Positions 9,797-20,266 of a DNA stretch of 64,000 nucleotides are shown in pieces. The DNA comes from Spirochaetia bacterium (lineage in GTDB: Bacteria; Spirochaetota; Spirochaetia; CADAEX01), in NCBI GenBank assembly GCA_963662795.1, contig OY759746.1:2240001-2304000 (forward strand), read 5' to 3'. Below the pieces are notes generated by a model. The model ran no database searches. It was not told the DNA's origin and saw only the letters and a program-made list of their open reading frames with translations. Numbering within the stretch: the stretch's first letter is position 1; every line of letters starts with the position of its first letter. Made by a program: the position numbers and the translations under genes.

Positions 9797-11296
9797 ATGT
9801 TATTTTTTGAAACATTAAAATATGGAATTGAACATGTATTCACTTTTTATACTTTATTATTAATAGGTGGCGGAGTTTTATTTGGAATAATTTTTGGAGC
9901 AATTCCTGGATTGACGGCGACTCTGGCAGTTGCACTTTTATTGCCATTTACATATGGATTGGGACCTTTCAAGGGGCTATCACTTCTCCTTGGTATTTAT
10001 GTTGGAGCCATATCTGGAGGCTTGATTTCTGCTACTCTATTAAGTATTCCAGGGACTCCATCTTCAATAGTGACGACCTTTGATGCCTACCCAATGGCAA
10101 AAAAAGGAAAACCTTTGGAAGCATTGTCTATAGGTGTTTTTTCTTCATTAGTTGGCGGGATTTTCAGTGCTATTATTCTTACGGTTATTGCCCCGCAATT
10201 AGCAAAAATTGCCCTGAAATTTGGTCCTACAGAATATTTCTCACTGGGAATATTCGGGATAACTGTTGTAGCAAGTTTGTGTGCAAAAAATCTAAATAAA
10301 GGGATAATTGCAACATTACTAGGAATGCTTATAGCTACTGTTGGTATGGATCCGGTTACTGCTCGTCCCCGCTTTACTATGGGTTTTTTACAACTGGAGG
10401 GTGGATTTTCTTCACTTGCAACAATGTTAGGATTCTATGCTGCTGCACAAATATTTATCGATACAAAAAATATGGATATTGAACAGGAAGTTATTAAAAT
10501 TAACAATAAAAGCAATATCTTTTTTATGCCATTCAAATTAGTAAGTAAGCAGAAGATGAATTTATTACGTTCTGCAATAATTGGGACATTTATTGGCATT
10601 TTACCCGGAGCCGGAGGGAGTACTGCTGGTTTTTTAGCTTATGATCAGGCAAAAAAAGCATCAAAAGAAATAGAAAAATTTGGGACAGGGTATATTGATG
10701 GAATTGTTGCCTCTGAAACTGCTAACAATGCAGTTACCGGAGGGGCACTAATTCCGTTAATGACTCTTGGTATCCCGGGAGATGTTGTAACAGCAATTTT
10801 ATTGGGTGGTCTTATGATCCATGGATTAAGACCAGGTCCCCTATTGTTTAGAGACAATGCAGATGTGGTCGGTACAATCTTTGTTGCTCTTTTTGTATCA
10901 AATCTTTTTATGTATGTGATTGAAGCTGGTCTTATGAGAAGATTGACGAAGATAATTCAAATCCCCAAACATATTCTTATGCCAACCATAATGATAATGT
11001 GTGTAATTGGTGTATATTCCCTGAATAACAGGATATTTGATATGTGGGTTCTTTTAGTCTTTGGAATTTTTGGATATATTCTTGTTAAAAATGATATATC
11101 CCCAGCACCACTGGTTTTAGGGTACATTCTTACTGATATCATTGAGAGAAATTGGCGAGTTTCTGTAATGTCTTCGAAAGGAGATTTGATGCCTTTTATT
11201 ACTAGTCCAATATCATTATTATTATTAATTTTATCCTTAATTTCAATTTTATACCCATTTATTTCAGGCAAACTATCTATAAATCAAAAAAAATAA
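9797..11296 (+). CDS. tctA: TTT large membrane subunit
   Basis: GAIPGL, IPGTP, ETANNA, TLGIPGD, GLRPGP motifs. Confidence 0.95.
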   Translation: MLFFETLKYGIEHVFTFYTLLLIGGGVLFGIIFGAIPGLTATLAVALLLPFTYGLGPFKGLSLLLGIYVGAISGGLISATLLSIPGTPSSIVTTFDAYPMAKKGKPLEALSIGVFSSLVGGIFSAIILTVIAPQLAKIALKFGPTEYFSLGIFGITVVASLCAKNLNKGIIATLLGMLIATVGMDPVTARPRFTMGFLQLEGGFSSLATMLGFYAAAQIFIDTKNMDIEQEVIKINNKSNIFFMPFKLVSKQKMNLLRSAIIGTFIGILPGAGGSTAGFLAYDQAKKASKEIEKFGTGYIDGIVASETANNAVTGGALIPLMTLGIPGDVVTAILLGGLMIHGLRPGPLLFRDNADVVGTIFVALFVSNLFMYVIEAGLMRRLTKIIQIPKHILMPTIMIMCVIGVYSLNNRIFDMWVLLVFGIFGYILVKNDISPAPLVLGYILTDIIERNWRVSVMSSKGDLMPFITSPISLLLLILSLISILYPFISGKLSINQKK

Positions 11297-11318
11297 ATTG
11301 TTTAAGGATTAGATTATA

Positions 11319-12098
11319 ATGATTAAAACTACGAAAAAAGATTTATTTGATATTCATTCAAAAAATGCAGTAGTTGTCGGTGGTGCTAGCGGTATTGGTA
11401 AGGCTATTTCTTATGCCTATGCTGAATTTGGTGCCAATGTATCAATAGTAGACATTAATTATGATGCTGCATTAAAAGTTGCTGAAGAAATAAATAAAAC
11501 ATTTAACAGTTTTGCAAAAGCTTATAAATCTAATGTTTCAGATAAGCAGCAGGTTTTCGAAAGTATAAATAACATAAAAAAAGATTTTGGCTCAATTGAT
11601 ATTTTTGTGTACAGTGCGGGAATTAATTTCAGAGAATATGTTGTTGATATCATAGAGAAAAACTGGGACAGCATTATAACTGTAAATCTGAAAGGAGCAT
11701 TTCTTTACGGCCAGGCTGTTGGAATGGAAATGATCAAAACAGGAGGAGGTAAGATAATAAATATTGCCTCTGTTTCTTCTCATCTTGGTCATCCTAAAAG
11801 GGGAGCATATGCTGCAAGCAAGGGTGGTTTAATACAGCTGACTAAAGTTATGGCTAATGAGTGGGCTAAATACAATATTAATGTTAATGCAATTTCCCCT
11901 GTAGCTGTATTAACACCTTTGGTTAAAGATCTGGTTGATACTGAAGATAAGATGAAAGAATTAACTAAAAACATCCCTATGGGGAGAATTGCAGAACCTG
12001 ATGATATCGTTGGAACAGCAATATACTTGTCTTCAAAAGCTTCAAATTTTGTTACTGGAGTAAACATCTTTGTTGATGGCGGAAGAATAATTGATTGA
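11319..12098 (+). CDS. Short-chain dehydrogenase/reductase (gluconate-5-dehydrogenase-like)
   Basis: GGASGIG, acidic residue in VDIN (NAD preference), YAASK, NVNAI, VDGG. Confidence 0.88.
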   Translation: MIKTTKKDLFDIHSKNAVVVGGASGIGKAISYAYAEFGANVSIVDINYDAALKVAEEINKTFNSFAKAYKSNVSDKQQVFESINNIKKDFGSIDIFVYSAGINFREYVVDIIEKNWDSIITVNLKGAFLYGQAVGMEMIKTGGGKIINIASVSSHLGHPKRGAYAASKGGLIQLTKVMANEWAKYNINVNAISPVAVLTPLVKDLVDTEDKMKELTKNIPMGRIAEPDDIVGTAIYLSSKASNFVTGVNIFVDGGRIID

Positions 12099-12128
12099 TT
12101 TTACTAAAATTATTAAGGAGTTTTGATC

Positions 12129-13790
12129 ATGCTTGAAAATAATGGAGCAAATTATCTTGCAAAATTTTTAAAAAATTATGGAGTATCACATGTTTTTTAT
12201 GTACTTGCGATATTAAGAAAAAGTTTGTCGTATATGGAAAAACAGGGAATTAAGAGGATAACAGCTCATAGTGAAAAAGCTGCTGTATATATGGCTGATG
12301 GGTATGCCCGAATTTCACATAAACCTGGTATAGCTATGTCACAGTCAGTTGGAGCGGCAAATCTTGCTGCCGGACTTCAGGACCCCTTTTTAGCTCATTC
12401 TCCTGTAATAGCAATAACCGGAAGAAAACCATTTATTGCACAATACAGAAATGCATATCAGGAAATAAAGCATGAACCAATGTTTGATCCTGTAACAAAA
12501 TATAATGTTAATATTGATACAGGTCTTCAGTTGCCCTTATTACTGAGACAGGCGTTTAGAGAGGCTACAAGCGGAGCACCCCGGCCGGTACATCTGGATT
12601 TATTGGGTTTTGCCGGAGAAAATATCGAAAATGAAATTATCAGTGATGATCTTGATGTTGAGCTGGAATACACTAAATTCCCTTCATACAGACCTGTCCC
12701 TGAAGATAAGGAATTTGAAAAAGCTGTAGATTTAATAAAAAAAGCAAATAAACCTGTTATTGTTTATGGCATCGGAGCTGTCGCTTCCAGTGCCGGTGAA
12801 GAGATATTAAAGCTCTCTGAATTATTATCAATTCCTGTTGCTTATTCTGTTAATGGTAAAGGCCTGCTTCCGGATACATACAGTTTAAACGCCGGTAGTG
12901 TCGGTACTTATTCCTGCTTATCTGCAAATGAAATTGTCTCAGAAGCTGATTTGGTAATCTATATCGGATGTGGTGTTGGAGATCAGGTGACAATGAACTG
13001 GACTATACCTTCAGATGAAGTAATAAAAATTCAAATAGATATTGATCCTTCTGAACTTGGACGAAATTATAAAAACACAACCGGTCTTCTCGGAGATGCT
13101 AAAAAAACGGTTGCCAAACTTGTTCAGTTGTTGAGGAAAGTAGAGAAAAAATCAGAATGGGCAGATATTGCTTTAAATATTATTAATACATGGAAAAAGA
13201 AAATTGAGCCCTTAAGAAATTCAGATCAAAAACCAATCAGACCAGAAAGATTATGTAAAGAAATAAGTGATACAATTCCGGATGACGCAATTGTTGTAGC
13301 TGATACCGGATATTCTGCCATGTGGGCGAGCAGTATGATTGAATTTAAAAGTATTGAGCAAACTTTCATAAGAGCAGCCGGTTCCCTGGGCTGGGCGTTT
13401 CCCGCTTCTCTTGGGGCAAAATGTGCAGCCCCGGATAGACCGGTTATTTGTTTTACAGGTGACGGCGGATTCTGGTATCATTTTGCTGAACTTGAAACTG
13501 CTATAAGATGGAATATAAATACTATAACGATCATAAATAATAACAGTGCTTTTGGGCAAAGTATTGTAGGAATAGAAAATGCATATGAGGAAAGAAAAGG
13601 TAATAGTGAAGAATTATATGCTTTTAAAAAGACTAATTTTGCAAATATAGCCAATGAAATGGGATGCTTAGGTATAAGAGTAGAAAAACCTGAAGATATT
13701 TCATCAGCTATTAAGCAGGCTCTGGATTCACCATTACCAGTTGTTATTGATGTGATTTCCGACCGCTTAAGCAAACCAGTTACTTGTTAA
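12129..13790 (+). CDS. Thiamine-diphosphate-dependent enzyme (acetolactate-synthase fold, unknown substrate)
   Basis: HSEKAAVYMADGYAR, GDGG...NNN ThDP motif; no ilvN small subunit nearby. Confidence 0.88.
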   Translation: MLENNGANYLAKFLKNYGVSHVFYVLAILRKSLSYMEKQGIKRITAHSEKAAVYMADGYARISHKPGIAMSQSVGAANLAAGLQDPFLAHSPVIAITGRKPFIAQYRNAYQEIKHEPMFDPVTKYNVNIDTGLQLPLLLRQAFREATSGAPRPVHLDLLGFAGENIENEIISDDLDVELEYTKFPSYRPVPEDKEFEKAVDLIKKANKPVIVYGIGAVASSAGEEILKLSELLSIPVAYSVNGKGLLPDTYSLNAGSVGTYSCLSANEIVSEADLVIYIGCGVGDQVTMNWTIPSDEVIKIQIDIDPSELGRNYKNTTGLLGDAKKTVAKLVQLLRKVEKKSEWADIALNIINTWKKKIEPLRNSDQKPIRPERLCKEISDTIPDDAIVVADTGYSAMWASSMIEFKSIEQTFIRAAGSLGWAFPASLGAKCAAPDRPVICFTGDGGFWYHFAELETAIRWNINTITIINNNSAFGQSIVGIENAYEERKGNSEELYAFKKTNFANIANEMGCLGIRVEKPEDISSAIKQALDSPLPVVIDVISDRLSKPVTC

Positions 13791-13813
13791 CTGAGTAATT
13801 GGAGGGGGGTATT

Positions 13814-14596
13814 ATGTTACTTAAGAATGATGTTGCAATAGTTACAGGTGGTGCAAAAGAAATTGGGCAAAAAATTGCTTTTGGCTTGGCAAAAGAAGGG
13901 GCTAAAGTTGTAGTTGTAGATATTGATGATGAAGAAGGGAAAAAGACTGTAGATATTATTAAAAAGGAATATAGAACTGAAGCTTTGTCTTTCAGTATTG
14001 ATGTCTGCAATGATAATCAGGTAAATGATATGGTGAAAAAGGTAATAAACGAATTTGGAGAAATTACCATTTTAATTAATAATGCAGGAATAATGGGGCC
14101 GGTTGACAATATTGAAAATATTTCTGAAGAGGATTGGGATAAGACAATGTCTGTTAATTTAAAAGGAGTGTTTCTTTGTTCTAAATATGTAATTCCATAT
14201 ATGAAAAAAAAGAAAAATGGCAACATTGTAAACATTGCCTCAATATCCGGTAAAAGAGCTCTTCCGCTCCGAACACCATATACTACCACCAAAATGGGAG
14301 TGATTGGACTTACCAGAACTTTAGCTGCTGAAGTTGGATCTTCCGGTATTAGGGTAAATTCAATTTGTCCTGGCTCTGTTCTTGGTAATCGTCAGAAGTA
14401 TGTTTTTGAAGGGATTATGAAGGCGACAGGAAAAAGCTGGGACCAGGTAAAAAAGGAGAAGGCTGAAGTAACAGCTTTAAAAACTTTTGTCGATCCTGAA
14501 TATATTGCAAATACAGTCGTATTTTTATGTTCAAAACAATCCTGGGTTATAACCGGACAGGATATAAATGTCTGCGGTGGAGCGATTATGTATTGA
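13814..14596 (+). CDS. Short-chain dehydrogenase/reductase
   Basis: TGGAKEIG, NNAG, YTTTK, RVNSICPG, ITGQ. Confidence 0.88.
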   Translation: MLLKNDVAIVTGGAKEIGQKIAFGLAKEGAKVVVVDIDDEEGKKTVDIIKKEYRTEALSFSIDVCNDNQVNDMVKKVINEFGEITILINNAGIMGPVDNIENISEEDWDKTMSVNLKGVFLCSKYVIPYMKKKKNGNIVNIASISGKRALPLRTPYTTTKMGVIGLTRTLAAEVGSSGIRVNSICPGSVLGNRQKYVFEGIMKATGKSWDQVKKEKAEVTALKTFVDPEYIANTVVFLCSKQSWVITGQDINVCGGAIMY

Positions 14597-14727
14597 AATG
14601 AACTTTTTGCTTTTTTGCAATAGTATCATGATTATTAGTTGAGATATGTAAGCGTAATTCTAAAATACGTCCCCCTTGACTTTGATTATATTGTATCAAT
14701 TTTAAAATAATTATATGGAGGAAAATA

Positions 14728-16107
14728 ATGGAAGCGAAAGAAATGGTAGCTGCTCTGATAAAAAGAGGGAGGGCGGCGCAGAAGATAGCGGACGGATACA
14801 GCCAGGAAAAGGTTGATGAACTTGTAAAGGCGATATCATGGGCTATAGTAAAGAAGGAAAACTCGGAAAAAATAGCGCGCCTTGCGGTGGATGAATCGCA
14901 GCTCGGACACTATGAAGGAAAATACGGAAAGCTGCAAAAGAAAATCCGCGGTGTAGTTCGTGATGTGGCCGGAGTAAAATCTGTAGGTATAATTGAGCGT
15001 GATGAGAAAAAAGGACTCCTTAAAATAGCAAAACCTGTTGGAGTAATAGGGGCGCTTGTCCCCTGCACAAATCCTGAGGCGACCCCTGTAATCAAGGCGA
15101 TAAACTCGATCAAGGGAAGAAACGCAATCATCTTCGCGCCGCACCCGAGGACAAAGAAAACCAATACCCTTATAGTAAACATTATGAGGGACGCGCTTAA
15201 AAGACACGGAGCGCCGGAAGACCTTATAATCGGAATAGAAGAGCCTTCGATGGACGCAAGCGGAGAGCTTATGGCCCAGTGCGACCTTGTTGTTGCAACA
15301 GGCGGGGCAGGGATGGTAAAAGCTGCATATTCATCAGGAACTCCTGCATACGGAGTAGGTGCCGGAAATGTTGTAGTTGTAGTTGATGAGACAGCAGACT
15401 TTAAAGACAGCGCAAAGAAGATAATGCTGAGCAAGACATTTGATCTTGCAACCAGCTGCAGCGCGGACAATAATATCGTTCTTGTCGATGAGGTTTATGA
15501 AAAAATGCTTGATGAGCTTAAGGCAGTGGGCGGGTACATGTGCTCATCCGATGAGAAGGCAAAGCTTCAGAAGGTAGTCTTTCCAGATAATCATCTCGGA
15601 CGGGACCATGTCGCACAGAGTGCACAGAAGATAGCATCCCTTGCGGGGTTTAAAATACCTGAAGGTGTAACCTTCATCCTTGTTGAGGAAGACGGTGTAG
15701 GGGCAAGCCATCCGTTCAGCGGAGAGAAGATGAGCGTAATCGCAGCTGTTCATAAAGTAGCTGATTTTAAGGCCGCGATTGATAAGGTAAACGAGATAAC
15801 ATCCTATCAGGGCGCGGGGCACTCCTGTGGACTTTACTCAAATGATATGAAGCGGATAGAAGAGTACGGTCTTAAAACAAAGACAAGCCGCGTAATGATA
15901 AGGCAGCCGCAGGTGTTCGGGAACAGCGGAAACTGGGACAACGGTCTTCCATTTACCCTTACCTTGGGATGCGGGACATGGGGAGGCAACATCTCAAGCG
16001 AGAACATCACCTGGAAGCATTTTATCAACATAACATGGCTTTCGATGCCTATCCCTGAGGTAATACCCAGAGATGAGGACCTCTTCGGCGATATCATGAA
16101 GGAATAG
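14728..16107 (+). CDS. CoA-acylating aldehyde dehydrogenase, SauS (sulfoacetaldehyde dehydrogenase)-like
   Basis: KPVGVIGALVPCTNP, ATGGAGMV, GVGAGN, FDLATSCS (catalytic Cys), GEKMS, GHSCG, DNGLPFTLTLGCGTWGGN..SEN. Confidence 0.8.
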   Translation: MEAKEMVAALIKRGRAAQKIADGYSQEKVDELVKAISWAIVKKENSEKIARLAVDESQLGHYEGKYGKLQKKIRGVVRDVAGVKSVGIIERDEKKGLLKIAKPVGVIGALVPCTNPEATPVIKAINSIKGRNAIIFAPHPRTKKTNTLIVNIMRDALKRHGAPEDLIIGIEEPSMDASGELMAQCDLVVATGGAGMVKAAYSSGTPAYGVGAGNVVVVVDETADFKDSAKKIMLSKTFDLATSCSADNNIVLVDEVYEKMLDELKAVGGYMCSSDEKAKLQKVVFPDNHLGRDHVAQSAQKIASLAGFKIPEGVTFILVEEDGVGASHPFSGEKMSVIAAVHKVADFKAAIDKVNEITSYQGAGHSCGLYSNDMKRIEEYGLKTKTSRVMIRQPQVFGNSGNWDNGLPFTLTLGCGTWGGNISSENITWKHFINITWLSMPIPEVIPRDEDLFGDIMKE

Positions 16108-16661
16108 ATTATTTAATATTAGGATTCAGAAACGATTGTAAATATTTTATATTTCTAACACTTTAAAAATGGAATAGAGGTTTGTATTTAATTGGACTAA
16201 CCACTAGGCTAAATTGCAGAGGAATTAAAATTTATTTCTGTGATGACAAATTATAATAATAATTTTTAATTTTCAAAACTGAGAATAGCGGTCTTATGAG
16301 TAGGCCTGCGAACAATGAAGTAAATATCATCTTCTTTATACTATTGATTATGAGCTGATTATTTTTGAGCTTTGAAAGAGGAAGAATATCAGAAATACTG
16401 ATCTATACTTTATATAGAATTTTATCAGTGATCTTGTAAGTGATTAGATTATAAGGCAAGAATGAAAAATATTTACAGATAATACAATGACTACATTGTT
16501 TTGCATATCTAAAAGTTATCCAATTTATGATAAAAATTATTTAGTATTATACATTTTGTGATTTTAATGGATAAAACATTTGTGTATAATTGCCCTATAT
16601 ACCGTAAAAATTCAGGTAAAAACCTGTAAAATAGAATGGTTATGCCTAACAGGAGGTCCAG

Positions 16662-18212
16662 GTGGGTAACAAGGAAGCAATGCTGCGTTTTAGAGAGATG
16701 CAGGCTAAAGCATTTGCCGGAGGCGGTGAAGCGAGAGTCGCCTCCCAGCATGAAAAAGGAAAACAGACAGCGCGGGAAAGAATAAATCTTCTCGTAGAAG
16801 AGGGATCTTTTATTGAAGATGGAACATATATTACGGGACGGGCGGATAATTTCGGTCTTGATAAACTCAAATTCCCCGGAGACGGTGTTGTAACCGGCAG
16901 CGGTAAAATCAATGATAAACAGGTTTTCCTGTCGTCACAGGATTTTACAGTTCTCGGAGGATCGCTCGGCGAAATGCATGCGGAGAGGATTGCCTCTGCA
17001 CAGGAGCTTGCGCTTAAAAACGGAACTCCGTTTATCCAGATAAATGACTCCGGCGGAGCAAGAATCCAGGAAGGGATACTCTCTCTCGGCGGATACGGAA
17101 AAATATTCAGGAATAATACAATTTCATCCGGGGTTATTCCCCAGATTTCTGTAATACTCGGCCCCTGTGCCGGAGGAGCTGTTTACTCCCCTGCCATTAC
17201 TGATTTTGTTTTTATGGTAGACGGCATAAGCAACATGTATATTACAGGTCCGGATGTCATCAAGGCGGTAACAGGGGAAGAAATATCCCATGAAGCGCTT
17301 GGCGGAGCTTCTGCCCATTGTGTTAAAAGCGGTGTAGCTCATTTCATGTATAAAACAGAGGAAGACTGTCTTGAGGGCGTAAGAAAGCTTTTAAGCTATC
17401 TTCCGTCAAACAATATGGAAAAACCTCCCTTTGTGCCGTCAGGCGATTCTCCTGACAGGGACACATCAGCCCTTAATGATATCATACCTGAAGAGTCAAA
17501 TAAGTCGTATGACATGAAAGACTGCATTAACGAAGTTTTTGACGAGGGAAGTTTTTTTGAGGTTCATGCCGAATATGCGAAAAGCGTTGTAGTCGGTTTC
17601 GCAAGGCTAAACGGCAGGACAGTAGGTGTATTCGGTAACCAGCCGAAGGTTTTTGCCGCCTCGCTTGATATAAACTCATCAGATAAAGGGGCAAGGTTTG
17701 TAAGGTTCTGCGATTCATTCAATATCCCTATTATAACCTTTGTGGATGTTCCGGGATTTCTTCCTGGTATTGCGCAGGAGCACGGCGGTATAATAAGACA
17801 CGGAGCCAAGATTCTTTACGCGATAGCGGAAGCCACTGTTCCAAAGATCGCGCTTATCATAAGAAAATCATACGGCGGGGCATTTATAGCAATGTCGGCC
17901 AAGCAGCTCGGGTATGACAGGTCAATAGCGTTTCCGTCAGCTGAAATTGCTGTCATGGGAGCTGAAGGGGCGGCGAATGTCATCTTCAGAAAAGAAATCA
18001 ATGCATCAGACGATCCCGCTGCCAAAAGGGCGGAAAAAATTGATGAATTCCGTGAGCAGTTCATGAATCCTTTTGTCGCGGCCGGTTACGGATATGTTGA
18101 TGATGTAATTGACCCGAAGAACACAAGAATTGAGCTTATAAGGTCTCTTGAGATGCATTCAAGGAAAAGGGAAGAGAGGCCGGCCAAGAAGCACGGCAAT
18201 ATTCCTCTGTAG
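16662..18212 (+). CDS. mmdA: (Methyl)malonyl-CoA decarboxylase carboxyltransferase alpha subunit
   Basis: QDFTVLGGSLG, DSGGARIQEG, GPCAGGAVYSPA, DVPGFLPG, KKHGNIPL; followed by delta, biotin and beta subunits. Confidence 0.88.
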   Translation: MGNKEAMLRFREMQAKAFAGGGEARVASQHEKGKQTARERINLLVEEGSFIEDGTYITGRADNFGLDKLKFPGDGVVTGSGKINDKQVFLSSQDFTVLGGSLGEMHAERIASAQELALKNGTPFIQINDSGGARIQEGILSLGGYGKIFRNNTISSGVIPQISVILGPCAGGAVYSPAITDFVFMVDGISNMYITGPDVIKAVTGEEISHEALGGASAHCVKSGVAHFMYKTEEDCLEGVRKLLSYLPSNNMEKPPFVPSGDSPDRDTSALNDIIPEESNKSYDMKDCINEVFDEGSFFEVHAEYAKSVVVGFARLNGRTVGVFGNQPKVFAASLDINSSDKGARFVRFCDSFNIPIITFVDVPGFLPGIAQEHGGIIRHGAKILYAIAEATVPKIALIIRKSYGGAFIAMSAKQLGYDRSIAFPSAEIAVMGAEGAANVIFRKEINASDDPAAKRAEKIDEFREQFMNPFVAAGYGYVDDVIDPKNTRIELIRSLEMHSRKREERPAKKHGNIPL

Positions 18213-18231
18213 AAAGAGGGGAGAGGTGATA

Positions 18232-18597
18232 ATGGATATACAGGCGTACAGTTATACAGTTTTATCAAGTATTATCGGGATGGGAATCGTCTTCGCGTTT
18301 TTGGGTTTCCTTTCTCTGCTGATGGTTTTCATAAAGAGGGTTTTTGACAGTCCCGCTTCACCGGCAAACGCTGTAAAAACAAAACCTGCAGATGCCGTGG
18401 CGAACGCTAACGAGGCAGGCAGGGGATCTGAAAACAGCGCAGAGGATAATATGTGGATAATTGCCGCTGTTGCCGCATTCCTTGAAGACGAGGATATGCC
18501 TAAAAGCGCAATGGCATGGCAGCCGGCCGAAAGCGAAAAACATGACCCATGGGTTTCTGTGCCGGGTGTTCAGAGACAACCGTCAAGAGTATTTTAA
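18232..18597 (+). CDS. mmdD: Na+-translocating decarboxylase delta/OadG-type subunit
   Basis: GMGIVFAFL TM, Ala/Pro linker, IIAAVAA; GAGGTG RBS before ATG 18232. Confidence 0.8.
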   Translation: MDIQAYSYTVLSSIIGMGIVFAFLGFLSLLMVFIKRVFDSPASPANAVKTKPADAVANANEAGRGSENSAEDNMWIIAAVAAFLEDEDMPKSAMAWQPAESEKHDPWVSVPGVQRQPSRVF

Positions 18598-18672
18598 TAT
18601 ACGGATGACAAACTGAAATTACTTATGGTTTAAGACCTAAAGCAAAGTCCACAGGATTAACGGAGAATTGAT

Positions 18673-19110
18673 ATGAAAAAGAATATAAAATTTGAACTGG
18701 CTGGAAAAAAATACAGCGTTGATGTTGAGAGAGAAGGTGATTCTCTTATTATTGAAAATGAAGGGAAGAGTGTGACGGTAAATCTGCTTGAGGGGGAGAA
18801 AAAAGCGGCAAGACCTAAACCCCGGCCGGTTTCTGCTCCTGCCGTATCAGCAGCACCCGCACCAACAGCTGCTCCAGCTGCCGCTGTGTCTGCAGGCGCA
18901 GGAGATATAGTTGCTCCGATGACAGGAACAATAAAGGAAATAAAGGTTTCCAGGGGTGATAAAGTAAGTGCAGATCAGCTTGTTGTAATAATGGAAGCAA
19001 TGAAAATGGATATTGAAGTGTTTTCACATATATCCGGAACAGTTTCTGATATCTATCTGGCGCCGGGAAGCAGCGTCAAGGAAAATCAGCCTGTTGTTAA
19101 ACTGGCTTAG
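18673..19110 (+). CDS. mmdC: Biotin carrier subunit
   Basis: Ala/Pro linker, APMTG, EAMKM biotinylation site. Confidence 0.9.
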   Translation: MKKNIKFELAGKKYSVDVEREGDSLIIENEGKSVTVNLLEGEKKAARPKPRPVSAPAVSAAPAPTAAPAAAVSAGAGDIVAPMTGTIKEIKVSRGDKVSADQLVVIMEAMKMDIEVFSHISGTVSDIYLAPGSSVKENQPVVKLA

Positions 19111-19121
19111 GGGGGGAATAA

Positions 19122-20237
19122 ATGGGACTTTTACATCTGTTTCAGGAATTCCTTAACAGCACAAGTTTTTCAGTTATAACCTGGAAAGATTATGTGATGA
19201 TAGGTGTCGGATGTGTTTTGCTTTATCTGGCAATTGTCAAAGGCTATGAACCGCTTCTTCTTATTCCGATCGGATTTGGAGCCGTACTTGTCAACATCCC
19301 TCTCGCCGGAATGCTTGATGAGGGGGGGCTGTTAAAATATTTCTACTTCGGGATTGAAGCAGGGATATTTCCCCCGCTTATCTTTATGGGTATAGGTGCA
19401 ATGACCGATTTCGGCCCGCTTCTTGCCAAACCGCAGACGTTTCTTCTCGGGGCCGCTGCCCAGTTCGGGATTTTCGGCACTCTTCTTGGAGCCAAAGCGC
19501 TTGGATTTGATTTCGCGGAATCAGCTTCAATCGCGATTATCGGAGGAGCGGACGGTCCGACAGCAATTTATCTTACATCAAAACTTGCTCCCCATCTTCT
19601 CGGGCCTATAGCTGTTGCCGCATACTCGTATATGGCTCTGGTTCCTTTTATCCAGCCTCCGATAATTAAAGCGCTCACTTCCAAAAATGACAGGAAGATT
19701 GTGATGTCCGAGGTCAGGGAAGTATCAAAAAAGGTAAAGATTATATTTCCGATAGTTACCTGTATTATCGCGTCGCTTGTAATACCGGCGGCAACCCCTC
19801 TTTTAGGTATGCTGATGGTAGGAAACCTTTTCAGGGAATGCGGTGTTGTTGAGAGGCTTTCAAAAACTGCCCAGAATGAACTTATAAACATAGTTACAAT
19901 TTTTCTTGGCCTTTCTGTAGGTTCGAAGATGTCTGCTGAATATTTTCTTACAGCAAAAACACTTATGATTATCGGTCTTGGACTTATCGCATTTTCAGTA
20001 GGAACTGCCTCAGGTGTCCTTCTTGGACAGTTGATGAAAGTCTTTTCCGGCGGCAAAATAAATCCGATGATAGGGGCCGCCGGTGTCTCTGCTGTGCCGA
20101 TGGCTGCGAGAGTAGTTCAGAAAGTAGGGCAGCAGGCAAACCCCAAAAATTTTCTCCTTATGAATGCAATGGGGCCCAATGTCGCAGGAGTTATCGGATC
20201 TGCCGTTGCGGCCGGCGTACTTTTGTCCTTGGCGTGA
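19122..20237 (+). CDS. mmdB: Na+-translocating decarboxylase beta subunit
   Basis: [45 protein letters not shown]. Confidence 0.95.
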   Translation: MGLLHLFQEFLNSTSFSVITWKDYVMIGVGCVLLYLAIVKGYEPLLLIPIGFGAVLVNIPLAGMLDEGGLLKYFYFGIEAGIFPPLIFMGIGAMTDFGPLLAKPQTFLLGAAAQFGIFGTLLGAKALGFDFAESASIAIIGGADGPTAIYLTSKLAPHLLGPIAVAAYSYMALVPFIQPPIIKALTSKNDRKIVMSEVREVSKKVKIIFPIVTCIIASLVIPAATPLLGMLMVGNLFRECGVVERLSKTAQNELINIVTIFLGLSVGSKMSAEYFLTAKTLMIIGLGLIAFSVGTASGVLLGQLMKVFSGGKINPMIGAAGVSAVPMAARVVQKVGQQANPKNFLLMNAMGPNVAGVIGSAVAAGVLLSLA

Positions 20238-20266
20238 TCCTCACTTTTTTTCAATATTTTCACTTT

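Noticed and set aside
12129-13790. Calling the ThDP enzyme Xsc or IlvB
   Set aside because: It lacks the Xsc-type HEQ..HMADG / QNGPG signature, and there is no adjacent pta, ilvN or ilvC.
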